Origin: a virus
Taxonomy: Duplodnaviria > Caudoviricetes
Strand: one strand, 5' to 3'
IMG/VR virus record: IMGVR_UViG_3300046000_007143
Span: 1 to 60,786 of that record
Length of the DNA: 60,786 nt
Shown: in pieces, positions 17,019 through 24,802 of the stretch
How positions within the stretch are numbered: the first letter of the stretch is position 1
Layout: every line of letters begins with the position of its first letter
Notes under the pieces: model-generated
Database searches by the model: none
The model's input: only the letters and a program-made list of their open reading frames with translations
Told to the model about the DNA's origin: nothing
Program-made: the position numbers and the translations under genes

Positions 17019-17245
17019 TGAAGCAGCGCGAAGGCTACCGCGATCTTGGCGTCATACCGCCCGATGGCCAAGTCGCTCTTTTCGGACAGCGGTTCGTTGT
17101 CGTCCACCCGAACGGCCCGCCGTTCACGATCGACACCGTGACCGGGCAGCGCGAGATGATCGAAATGCGCGGCGACCAAATGGTGATTCACACTGTCGGG
17201 GACGGGCCGATGACGGGGACGATTACGGCGGTGCTGGTCGAATGA
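17018..17245 (+). CDS. Hypothetical protein
   Basis: TGATG overlap with the int stop. Confidence 0.55.
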   Translation: MKQREGYRDLGVIPPDGQVALFGQRFVVVHPNGPPFTIDTVTGQREMIEMRGDQMVIHTVGDGPMTGTITAVLVE

Positions 17246-17457
17246 GCGACGACCCCATCAAGAACATCGCGTGGGGGCCGGCCCTCCGGCAGCCCGCCGG
17301 GCCTGAGTTCGACTGGCTGAGAGAGCAAGCAGCCAAGACGCCGGACGCTGCGGTATTCAAGGGCCTGATCCCGACGACCACTATGCACGACGCGGAAGGG
17401 GGAATCTGGCTCATTTGCTGGGGGCCTCAAGGCCCGATCAAACCATCCACCCCATGA
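17242..17457 (+). CDS. Hypothetical protein
   Basis: ATGA overlap; ends at the att arm region. Confidence 0.5.
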   Translation: MSDDPIKNIAWGPALRQPAGPEFDWLREQAAKTPDAAVFKGLIPTTTMHDAEGGIWLICWGPQGPIKPSTP

Positions 17458-17473
17458 ACCTTCCGCTAACAAA

Positions 17474-17681
17474 AGTTGGACGTCCCGCCCCTCAAGAGTT
17501 GGACGCCTCGACCAATCACAGCCCGCAAACCCTTGCGGTGATTGGTCGGAGTGAGAGGATTCGAACCTCCGACCCTCTGGTCCCAAACCAGATTGTCACC
17601 GTTGAATTCGTTCAGGTCCGTCCAACTGTTTCTGAAATGTTCGCGTGTTATGAATCAAACACTTGCGGACCGAGTTGGACG
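17474..17681. promoter_or_regulatory. Integrase arm-type sites (AGTTGGACG x4) and IHF consensus flanking the att core
   Basis: AGTTGGACG at 17474, 17497, 17673 and inverted at 17619-17627; AATCAAACACTTG (WATCAANNNNTTR) at 17653-17665. Confidence 0.75.
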
Positions 17682-17720
17682 GATTTGCCCCGGTTGACCG
17701 TCCGAAAAAGAAGGCAGAAA
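17540..17720. repeat. 181-bp direct repeat (attP-like junction), identical to 60602-60782
   Basis: Base-by-base comparison. Confidence 0.95.
17543..17593 (-). pseudogene. 3' half of tRNA-Pro(TGG), att core
   Basis: Minus strand ATCTGGTTTGGGACCAGAGGGTCGGAGGTTCGAATCCTCTCACTCCGACCA; no D arm or 5' acceptor strand. Confidence 0.92.
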
Positions 17721-17729
17721 GTCGACCCC

Positions 17730-18542
17730 ATGCACAGCACCGAAGACTTGGCTCGACGGATTGAGGCGCACATCATCGAGAGCGCGGATGCGGCTCGCGC
17801 ACAGTGGCGGCATCCGGCCGGCACGACGACCCGGCACTTCACGATCGACGACCTTCTGCCGGCTGAAATCGCCCGCGAGATTTACGCAGCCTATCCCAAG
17901 GACGGCGCCGGGTTCGAGGCGCGTGAGAGCTTCCGCGAACGCAAGTACACGTCGGCCAGGCTCTCCACGCATCCGGTGATCCTGTCCGCGATCACCTACG
18001 CCATTCAGGATCCGCGCGTCGTCGCTGCCATCGCAGACATCGTCGGCTGGGAGAACATCGACCCCGACCCCATGCTCTATGCCGGCGGGCTGTCGATGAT
18101 GTTCGGCGGCGGCTTCCTGAACCCGCACATCGACAACAGCCACGACGCCAAGCGCGACCGCTACCGACGCCTGAACCTGCTCTACTACGTCACGCCAGAG
18201 TGGAAGCGCGAGGACGGCGGGCACCTCGAGCTATGGGACAGGGCCGCGTCGAAGCCGGTCGTGATCGAATCCCGGTTCAACCGCCTCGTCATCATGGAGA
18301 CGAACCGGACCAGCCTGCACTCGGTCAGTCCGGTCGTTGCGCCCGGCCCGCGGTGCTGCGTCAGCTCGTACTATTTCTCGGAGCAGTCGCCAGACGGGTC
18401 AGAATACTTCCACGTCACGTCGTTCACAGGGCGGCCGGAAGAGAGACTGAAGCGTGCGCTGGGTCCGGTGGACAACGGGCTGCGGCAGTGCGTGGCGAGC
18501 GCCCTGAAGGTCGGGCGCGGCAAGCATCAGATGAACGCCTAG
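17730..18542 (+). CDS. 2OG-Fe(II) oxygenase (prolyl-hydroxylase-like) cargo gene
   Basis: LNPHIDNSHD (HxD), GGHLELW, SLHSV, R-x-x-x-S-x-Y; opposite strand to the late genes, next to att. Confidence 0.85.
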   Translation: MHSTEDLARRIEAHIIESADAARAQWRHPAGTTTRHFTIDDLLPAEIAREIYAAYPKDGAGFEARESFRERKYTSARLSTHPVILSAITYAIQDPRVVAAIADIVGWENIDPDPMLYAGGLSMMFGGGFLNPHIDNSHDAKRDRYRRLNLLYYVTPEWKREDGGHLELWDRAASKPVVIESRFNRLVIMETNRTSLHSVSPVVAPGPRCCVSSYYFSEQSPDGSEYFHVTSFTGRPEERLKRALGPVDNGLRQCVASALKVGRGKHQMNA

Positions 18543-20326
18543 GTGCAGACCACGACGGCCGGCGCCGACGAGTACGTCACGACCAGCGCATCGCCCGGCT
18601 CCAGAACGAACTGCCCAGATACCGGCAGGGGGTCGCCCGACAGTCGCGAGAAGACGAGACTGGAAACCGTGCCGCCGTACACCAAAACCCGCTGCTGATT
18701 GCCGCTGGTATTGGTGTAGGTGTACGGGCTCGCACCGACCGTCTGGGCGGTGCGGCTGACAGGCGCATCATGCACGATGCCGTCTGTGCCGTTGCGCAGG
18801 TCACGGAACCGGGTGCGCGTGCCGGCGTCCGTCAGCGTGCCGGTTCCGGGCAACCCGAGGCGGTTGTAGGTGAAGCTGGACAGAAGAGTGTCCTGCGCGC
18901 CGCTCGCAACCGTCACGCTCTGGGTCGTCCCGCCCATCGCGGTTCCGTCCTTCGAGTCGGCGGTGAACGTCGCGCCGACCTCCATGTCGCAGTACAGGAA
19001 CGCCGTTCCAAGGCCGTGCACCTCGGCGTCCGCCGTGTTGGCCTCAAGGTCCATGGCGAACAGTTTGTTGTGCCAGGAGCCGGTGCCGGCGCCCACATCC
19101 CGAACCGTATCCTTGAACCCAAGAGCGCAGTTCTGGATGGTTCCGTAGAACACATTGCCCAGCGCGGTTTCCAACAGGACGCCGACCGGGATCAGGCCGC
19201 CGTCGTAGCCCGAGATCCGCAGGCGGATTTGGTTGTAGCTGGAGTCCTCACCTGCCCCCCGCAGGGTCAGGTGAATGCCCTTGCCGGGAATGGACGGAAG
19301 TTGCCCTTCCAGCCCGGTCACCGTGAAGTCGATCTGATTATCCACCAGCCACTCGCCGTAGAGCGCGGCGTAGGACGTGCCGGCGCTGCTGCACCTGAGT
19401 TGAAGGAGGCTGTTGTGCAGGGCTCGCAGGTAGATGCCGTGGTGGTTCGCGCTGTCATTGAAGACGCGCGGATAGCCGGTGATCGACAGGCCGTGCAGCC
19501 CAGTCCCAGACGCGCCGCCGTCAACGATAAAGGCCGGACCGGCGCCGTACTTGGCCAACCACACCTCGCCCTCAAAGTGCATATCCAGCCGGTCGATCTC
19601 GCCCCAGTTCGGCGACGTTGCGTAGGAGTAGCGCCCGGCAGGCCATACGATACGAATGGCGTTGCCCGCGGCCGACTTGGTGACCGCATAGGCGTGCATG
19701 GCGTAGATGGCTGCGGTCTCGTCGGTGATGCTGTCACCAACCGCGCCGAAGTCCTTGACCGAGACGCGCTCGCGGAGCTTGTCGCGGATCGTCCGCAGGA
19801 TCGCGCCGATGCCGGCCTGAATCCAGCCCAGCAAGCCGCTGCCGCCCTCTTCTGCCAGATCGGTACGCAGGCCGGCATCCGCTCCGGTCCCTGCCGACGC
19901 CACCTCGTTGCCTTCAGAGTCGAACGCGAGGTACTTGCCGGCCGCGCCATAGGGGCGGTTCGCCTTCTTGCGCTGAAGATCCTGCAGGATTGCGGTCGCC
20001 CGGTTCAGGGCCTGATCGACGCTGCCGACGGGCGTCGTGCTGGCCGGCGCGAAGTTCGAGGTGCGGGCGGGCTGCACGTCGCGCTCAATGCGAACCGTGA
20101 CGTCGTCGACCGCCGCGTTCAGCGTGACTGTGCCGCCGTCGTAGCCGCCGCCCTCAAGCACCGCGCCCGAGAAGCTGAAATCGGACTGGTCCATCGCGAC
20201 GCCGTCGACCAGCACCGTCAGGTCCGCCTTGGCGAACACGCTGAACGTGATCGGGAACACGGATGTCGAGGTGACGACCGTGAACTCGGCGAACGTCTGC
20301 TCGTCGGGGATTGTCAGCCTGGCCAT
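18539..20326 (-). CDS. Tailspike / tail fibre (T7 gp17-like N-terminal anchor plus beta-helix)
   Basis: VFPITF...VRIER...LNRATAILQ anchor; RTIRDKLRERVSVKDFGAVGD..DETAAI. Confidence 0.88.
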   Translation of the reverse strand: MARLTIPDEQTFAEFTVVTSTSVFPITFSVFAKADLTVLVDGVAMDQSDFSFSGAVLEGGGYDGGTVTLNAAVDDVTVRIERDVQPARTSNFAPASTTPVGSVDQALNRATAILQDLQRKKANRPYGAAGKYLAFDSEGNEVASAGTGADAGLRTDLAEEGGSGLLGWIQAGIGAILRTIRDKLRERVSVKDFGAVGDSITDETAAIYAMHAYAVTKSAAGNAIRIVWPAGRYSYATSPNWGEIDRLDMHFEGEVWLAKYGAGPAFIVDGGASGTGLHGLSITGYPRVFNDSANHHGIYLRALHNSLLQLRCSSAGTSYAALYGEWLVDNQIDFTVTGLEGQLPSIPGKGIHLTLRGAGEDSSYNQIRLRISGYDGGLIPVGVLLETALGNVFYGTIQNCALGFKDTVRDVGAGTGSWHNKLFAMDLEANTADAEVHGLGTAFLYCDMEVGATFTADSKDGTAMGGTTQSVTVASGAQDTLLSSFTYNRLGLPGTGTLTDAGTRTRFRDLRNGTDGIVHDAPVSRTAQTVGASPYTYTNTSGNQQRVLVYGGTVSSLVFSRLSGDPLPVSGQFVLEPGDALVVTYSSAPAVVVCT

Positions 20327-20355
20327 CGGGCCAGATTGCGGGTGCGGGGGTGCGG

Positions 20356-20368
20356 CTCAACGCACGGG
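20356..20368 (-). promoter_or_regulatory. Late promoter motif CCCGTGCGTTGAG (tailspike, leaderless)
   Basis: One of 8 copies; motif edge lies 30 nt from ATG 20326. Confidence 0.75.
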
Positions 20369-20379
20369 CTGAATGAGCA

Positions 20380-20492
20380 ACGGGCGGCGCTGGTTTCCCC
20401 TCACCGCCCGTCCCGCTCTACCACTGGCGTACACGACAACCGAGGCTGTCGCGGTGGGATTCGAACCCACGACCGTCGTTGGGCCGAAGCCC
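20380..20492 (-). ncRNA. Circularly permuted tRNA-like RNA (YrlA/Y-RNA-like)
   Basis: Minus strand GGTC, T arm GTGGG-TTCGAAT-CCCAC, closed acceptor-like hairpin CGCGACAGC-CTCG-GTTGTCGTG, TA, D arm CGC-CAGTGGTAGA-GCG. Confidence 0.7.
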
Positions 20493-20497
20493 GATCT

Positions 20498-20614
20498 TGT
20501 GCGAGGCCGGGCGCTACTCCGGCTTGATGGTTAGGACACCCAACCGCTACCGGCGTCCGCTCTCACCACCTCTGCTGTGCAACCAGCCGCGTGTCTGCTT
20601 TCCACGCCGCTCGC
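20498..20614 (-). ncRNA. Second degenerate tRNA-like structured RNA
   Basis: GCGAG/CTCGC closing stem, GCGTG-GAAAGCAGA-CACGC arm, GCCGG-AGTAGCGC-CCGGC arm, ACA tail. Confidence 0.5.
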
Positions 20615-20648
20615 CCGCGCATTCCTACACCACCCGGTTACGACGCGG

Positions 20649-20825
20649 TTACCGCCTACGCAGCCACACCACCAGCGACAGCCCGACCAGCATCCTGGGC
20701 GACGCGAGGAACTGCCACCGCTCGGTCCAGAGCGACGCGACCGTGCCGGCGCCAATGGCAAGCGCGATGACGGCGGCGAATGCCACCCCCACCGTCGCCA
20801 GAAGCCATTTGCCAGCCCGGACCAT
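20649..20825 (-). CDS. 58-aa putative membrane protein (absent from the ORF track)
   Basis: MVRAGKWLLATVGVAFAAVIALAIGAGTVASLWTERWQFLASPRMLVGLSLVVWLRRR; TGATG coupling to the upstream gene. Confidence 0.6.
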   Translation of the reverse strand: MVRAGKWLLATVGVAFAAVIALAIGAGTVASLWTERWQFLASPRMLVGLSLVVWLRRR

Positions 20826-23800
20826 CACTCGCCTGCCCTTGCCTCCTCGCGCCGCCGCACCTTGTCAGACGCCATCGCCTGCAGGTCGCTCGCGAACATC
20901 TCGGTCACCGCGGCCCGCGCCTCGTCGCGATAGGCGCTGACCACGTCCCGAATGTAGTCAGCCTTGCCGCCGTCCGGACCGTCGGTCAAGCCGAAGTAGA
21001 ACTCGCTGTCCGAGTGGCGACCCTCAGCGACGGCGTTCAGTTGCTCAAACGCAGGCGCACCGGCGAGCCGCATGAACTCGCTGTAGATGTCCGGCCGGTT
21101 CTTCAGCGACACCGTCTCGCCCATGTAGGAGATCGACCGGTTCGGCATGGCCACCGACACGCCGTTGTTCAGGATCTCAAGGTCGATCGCCGACCCGCCC
21201 TGCCCGCGCGACTGCAGTCCCAGGGTGTTGTACATCTGGTCGGACGCCGCCTCGGTGTAGTACCGGCGCTCACGGCCCCACAAATCGCGCTGCGGAGGCA
21301 GGTCGTCGGACAGGCCCGGCATCGTGTTCATCATCGCGGTGGCAATGTTGTGCGTCTCGCGCATGTACGGGTCATCGGCGCGACGCATCGTGCGGGCTGC
21401 GCTGCTGCCGGGGATCATGGCGGATGCGCGGGCCATCAGCAGCCGCTCGGCCTCGCCGTTGCTGCCGTCCAGCAGGGCGCTGGTCAGCTCGGTGATGCCG
21501 CTCAACATGGTCTTGTCGAAGAAGGCCTGGCCGACGGACGCGACGGCGTGCGCCATCACCTCGTCGATCTCGGTACGCCCCGCCTCATCCCAGTCGCCGT
21601 TCTTCATCAGGTCGGCCATGTCCGCCATCAGGCCCATCATCTGCCCCATCGGATCGGCGCGTTCGAAGCTGACCCAGCGGTTGCCGACGCGGATGCTGTA
21701 GGGCTGGAAGACGGACCCGCCGTATTCGTCCTGACGCTGCATGGCCTCACGCTGTGCACGGTTGCCCGGACCACGACCGGTGATCTCGCCGTCCATCGCC
21801 ATGCCGATATAGACCGACGTCAGCGCCGTACCGACCGCCATGCGCGCCTTGGCCGTCTCAGCCGCCGCACCGCCCTCAGCCAGCGCGTCGCGATACCGCT
21901 TCATCATCGGAGCCAGGGGCGAGTAGCGCATGCCCACGCTGACGAGGTTCGCGGGCGTGCGCAGGAACGGCATAACCATCGTGCCGATCGGGATCGGACC
22001 CGCGTTCTCGTCCATCATGCGGCGACCGGCGGAGGCCCATTTGTCGAAGCCGCCCGCGTTGGTGAAGGTCAGCTCGTGCATCTCCTTCTCCGCTGCCGCC
22101 ATCATGTCGTCGGTCGGGTTCTGGATCAGGTCGGCATATCGCGTGCGCGCGGCCTCGCCGGTCAGCCCCTCGGTCGTCACGCGGCGGAAGGCTTGAGCGT
22201 GCAGTTCGCCACGCGCCGCGACCGTCTTGAAGAAGTCATCGGTCAGCGAGTTGAAGTTCGAGGGCGCCTCGGCCAGCATCTGCACGACGTCGAGGAACCG
22301 GCCCAGCGGCGAGTCCTCGCTGACACGCCACGCAGCAGCCGACAGCGGGCGCCCGGCCTGGGACCCGGCCTCTTCACGCTCGGCACGCAGGCTCACGCCC
22401 GGAGGCACAGCATCGTCCAGACCGGGCGCCATGCCGCGGAACAGGCCGTCACGACGCAGCCGCTCACCCGCGTTCGCGCCGATCTCCTGAGCCGCCTGCA
22501 TGGGGTTCATGCGGAAGGTGTCTCGCAGGGCCTGCTGGTAGCCGTGAACCATTGCCGACGCCTCGCCAGCCTTCATGGTCGCAGCGCCACCGAACGCACT
22601 GGCCAGACGGGGCGACACGACGCGCGTGGCGTAGTTCAGGCCCAGCATCATGCCGTTGCCGGCGACGTTGATGATCGGCGTGCCGAGACCTGACAGCAGG
22701 CTGTTGGTGTACACCAGCTTGACGATCTCGCGGGTACGCGCCATCGCGCCGCCACGAACCATCTGGTTGAGCGCGTTGTCGCCCTTCTCGGCGGCCTGCC
22801 GGATGCGACGTGCCAGTTCCTGCGCGCTGTTCGCGCCGCCCGCGTCAGCGATCAGGCTGTCGACCTGACGCAGGTAGGTGGCGGGAGCGTCGGCCGGGAT
22901 CTTGAAGGCATTGAGCGCACGACCGGCTTCAGCGCGAGCGCCCATCAGCTCGTTCTGGATGGCGGAGTGCGTGGCCGTGGCGCGACGGAAGGCGAACTGG
23001 TTGGCCAGCGTCGGCTCGGCCTCGACCTTGCGCGCCAGTTCCAGCAGCTTCGTCGCCGACGAGTTCAGCGCGAGCCTGTAGGCCAGCGCCGTCTCGGCAT
23101 TGACCGCACCGCCCGGCTGACGAGCGCCCATCGCCGACACCCAGTCGACACCGTTCGCGGCCTCGCGCGTCTGGTCCCAGGATCGCGTGCCCCGGCGAGC
23201 CAGGTCGACGTCCTTGGCCATGCGGTCAGCCATGCCGACGATGACCGCCTGCACGTCCTCGGGCGTGTTGATGCGCGCGAGGTTGATGTCGAACACGTTG
23301 TCGGTGGCTTCGGCGCGCGCGACCGTGGCCGACATATCAGCCGGAAGGCGGCGCGTCGTGCGCTCGGCTGCGTCGATCTTCTTCTCAAACGGCGTGATGA
23401 CGGGGGCCTCAGCCTCCTTCGCCACCCGGAACCGCGGCCCCTCGGGATTGCCCAGTGCCTCACGGACGGCGTCTTGGACCTCGACGCCGCGCGCGGCGGC
23501 CTCATCCATCGCCAGCGTCGGGTCGATCTGCAGGCCTTCGGCGCGGGCGGCGTCACGAGCAGCAGTTCGGACCTCACGCGCGGCCTTCAGTCGGCGGATG
23601 CCCACACCCAATACATCGACCGCGCCGCCAAGGATGCCGCCCTCAATCGCGTTCTTGAACCGGCCCTCGACCTCGCCGTCCTCGGGATCAGCGGCCAGCC
23701 AGTTCAGCGCCGGCGCCAGCGCCTCGGGGGCGTGTTCGGCCAGCAGGTTGGACAGGCGCTCCTCTTGCCCGTCGAACGCGGTGAAGTCAGCCAGCGCGCC

Positions 23801-24802
23801 CTGCACAAGGTTCTTGCCGATACGGCCAGCCGTGCCCGCCGTCTTCCAGCCCTGCAGCGCACGCCCGCCACCGACAAAGCCGGTCGCGAACTGGGACACA
23901 CCCTCAATCAGGCGACCGGTGACGGACTCGGGGCGCTCGTTCTCGCGCACGGGCGCGGTGATCTGCGCCATGCCGAGACGCTGAAGCAGCGTCAGGTCGC
24001 CGCCCTGAGCCGCGCGCATGCGGCGCTCGGCGTCGTTCTGCGTGGTCAGGCGGATGCTCATGGGGGTAGAGGCGTCGCCGTCGATGCCCTCCCACATCAC
24101 CGTCCCAGGGACGTATTTCTCGATCCAGTCGCCGGTCTCGTCGATCAGGTCCATCGTGGCGTTGAAGCCGCGCTTGACGCCCGACAGGACAGCCGTGCCA
24201 CCCTCGAGGAACACGCCCTTGGCCACGTCACCGGCCACAGCGCCAGCGCCGTCCAGCACGGCCTGCGGCACCATGCCGGCCTGAATGATCTGGGCCTCTT
24301 CCTGATCCAGCGCCAGCGACTCACGCGCGGCCTGACGTTCGGCGTAGGCGTTGTCGAGGGGTGCGGGGATAGAGGGGGCGTCGAGGTTGCGGAACCAGCG
24401 GTTCGTCGAGGCGTCGAACTGGTAGCCCTGAGCCGCCAGCGATTCCGGTGTGTCACCGGGCGCCAAGTCCTGCACGTTGACCGAACGGTAGCCGGGCTGC
24501 TCGCCGCCGGGGGCGGCCGGATCGCGCGGACGACCGTCGACGGCGACGTGGATGTGGTCACCCTCGTTGATGAGCTCAACCGTGTTCGCGCCACTCGAGC
24601 GCAGACGCGCCTCAAGCTGGCCCATGCTCTCGCCCTCGGCAGGGATGAGGTCAACGGCTCGCGGGTCATCCGGCGACCCGCGCGTGTGGAAGCTGCCGGG
24701 CACACCGCCGACGCGGCGGTTATGCTCGGGCGTGCGGAAGGTGTTGGTCGGCTGTGCACCGGGGACTGCGCCCAGAACGTCGCGGACTGTGTCGATGGCC
24801 AT
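20825..24802 (-). CDS. Large internal virion (ejection) protein with N-terminal peptidase M15-like domain
   Basis: 1325 aa at the T7 gp16 position; RTPEHNRRVGG..SFH...AVD...DHIHV zinc-peptidase motif. Confidence 0.82.
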   Translation of the reverse strand: MAIDTVRDVLGAVPGAQPTNTFRTPEHNRRVGGVPGSFHTRGSPDDPRAVDLIPAEGESMGQLEARLRSSGANTVELINEGDHIHVAVDGRPRDPAAPGGEQPGYRSVNVQDLAPGDTPESLAAQGYQFDASTNRWFRNLDAPSIPAPLDNAYAERQAARESLALDQEEAQIIQAGMVPQAVLDGAGAVAGDVAKGVFLEGGTAVLSGVKRGFNATMDLIDETGDWIEKYVPGTVMWEGIDGDASTPMSIRLTTQNDAERRMRAAQGGDLTLLQRLGMAQITAPVRENERPESVTGRLIEGVSQFATGFVGGGRALQGWKTAGTAGRIGKNLVQGALADFTAFDGQEERLSNLLAEHAPEALAPALNWLAADPEDGEVEGRFKNAIEGGILGGAVDVLGVGIRRLKAAREVRTAARDAARAEGLQIDPTLAMDEAAARGVEVQDAVREALGNPEGPRFRVAKEAEAPVITPFEKKIDAAERTTRRLPADMSATVARAEATDNVFDINLARINTPEDVQAVIVGMADRMAKDVDLARRGTRSWDQTREAANGVDWVSAMGARQPGGAVNAETALAYRLALNSSATKLLELARKVEAEPTLANQFAFRRATATHSAIQNELMGARAEAGRALNAFKIPADAPATYLRQVDSLIADAGGANSAQELARRIRQAAEKGDNALNQMVRGGAMARTREIVKLVYTNSLLSGLGTPIINVAGNGMMLGLNYATRVVSPRLASAFGGAATMKAGEASAMVHGYQQALRDTFRMNPMQAAQEIGANAGERLRRDGLFRGMAPGLDDAVPPGVSLRAEREEAGSQAGRPLSAAAWRVSEDSPLGRFLDVVQMLAEAPSNFNSLTDDFFKTVAARGELHAQAFRRVTTEGLTGEAARTRYADLIQNPTDDMMAAAEKEMHELTFTNAGGFDKWASAGRRMMDENAGPIPIGTMVMPFLRTPANLVSVGMRYSPLAPMMKRYRDALAEGGAAAETAKARMAVGTALTSVYIGMAMDGEITGRGPGNRAQREAMQRQDEYGGSVFQPYSIRVGNRWVSFERADPMGQMMGLMADMADLMKNGDWDEAGRTEIDEVMAHAVASVGQAFFDKTMLSGITELTSALLDGSNGEAERLLMARASAMIPGSSAARTMRRADDPYMRETHNIATAMMNTMPGLSDDLPPQRDLWGRERRYYTEAASDQMYNTLGLQSRGQGGSAIDLEILNNGVSVAMPNRSISYMGETVSLKNRPDIYSEFMRLAGAPAFEQLNAVAEGRHSDSEFYFGLTDGPDGGKADYIRDVVSAYRDEARAAVTEMFASDLQAMASDKVRRREEARAGE

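Larger units (their letters stand above)
1..17593. mobile_element. Prophage A (partial: replication, immunity, early genes, integrase, att core)
   Basis: Gene-for-gene synteny with 43354-60655; ends in a tyrosine integrase and the tRNA-Pro 3' core; continues beyond the left edge of the window. Confidence 0.93.

Noticed and set aside
17543-17593. Intact tRNA-Pro gene (also 60605-60655)
   Set aside because: Only the anticodon arm to CCA is present; the adjacent sequence cannot form a D arm or 5' acceptor strand, so these are att cores
1-17720. Simple assembly duplication of 43480-60782
   Set aside because: The copies differ in repressors, operators, accessory genes and many synonymous positions, so they are distinct phages; a chimeric assembly still needs long reads to exclude
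17415-17729. N-terminal extension of the oxygenase ORF, and ORF 60517..60759, across att
   Set aside because: These read through arm sites and the tRNA fragment; ATG 17730 is the more plausible oxygenase start
20380-20614. Two-piece permuted tmRNA or a functional tRNA
   Set aside because: No CCA end, no alanine-type acceptor with a cleavable intervening segment, no tag reading frame and no anticodon arm
18539-20700. Diversity-generating retroelement as in BPP-1
   Set aside because: No reverse transcriptase ORF and no TR/VR repeat pair seen near the tailspike or elsewhere
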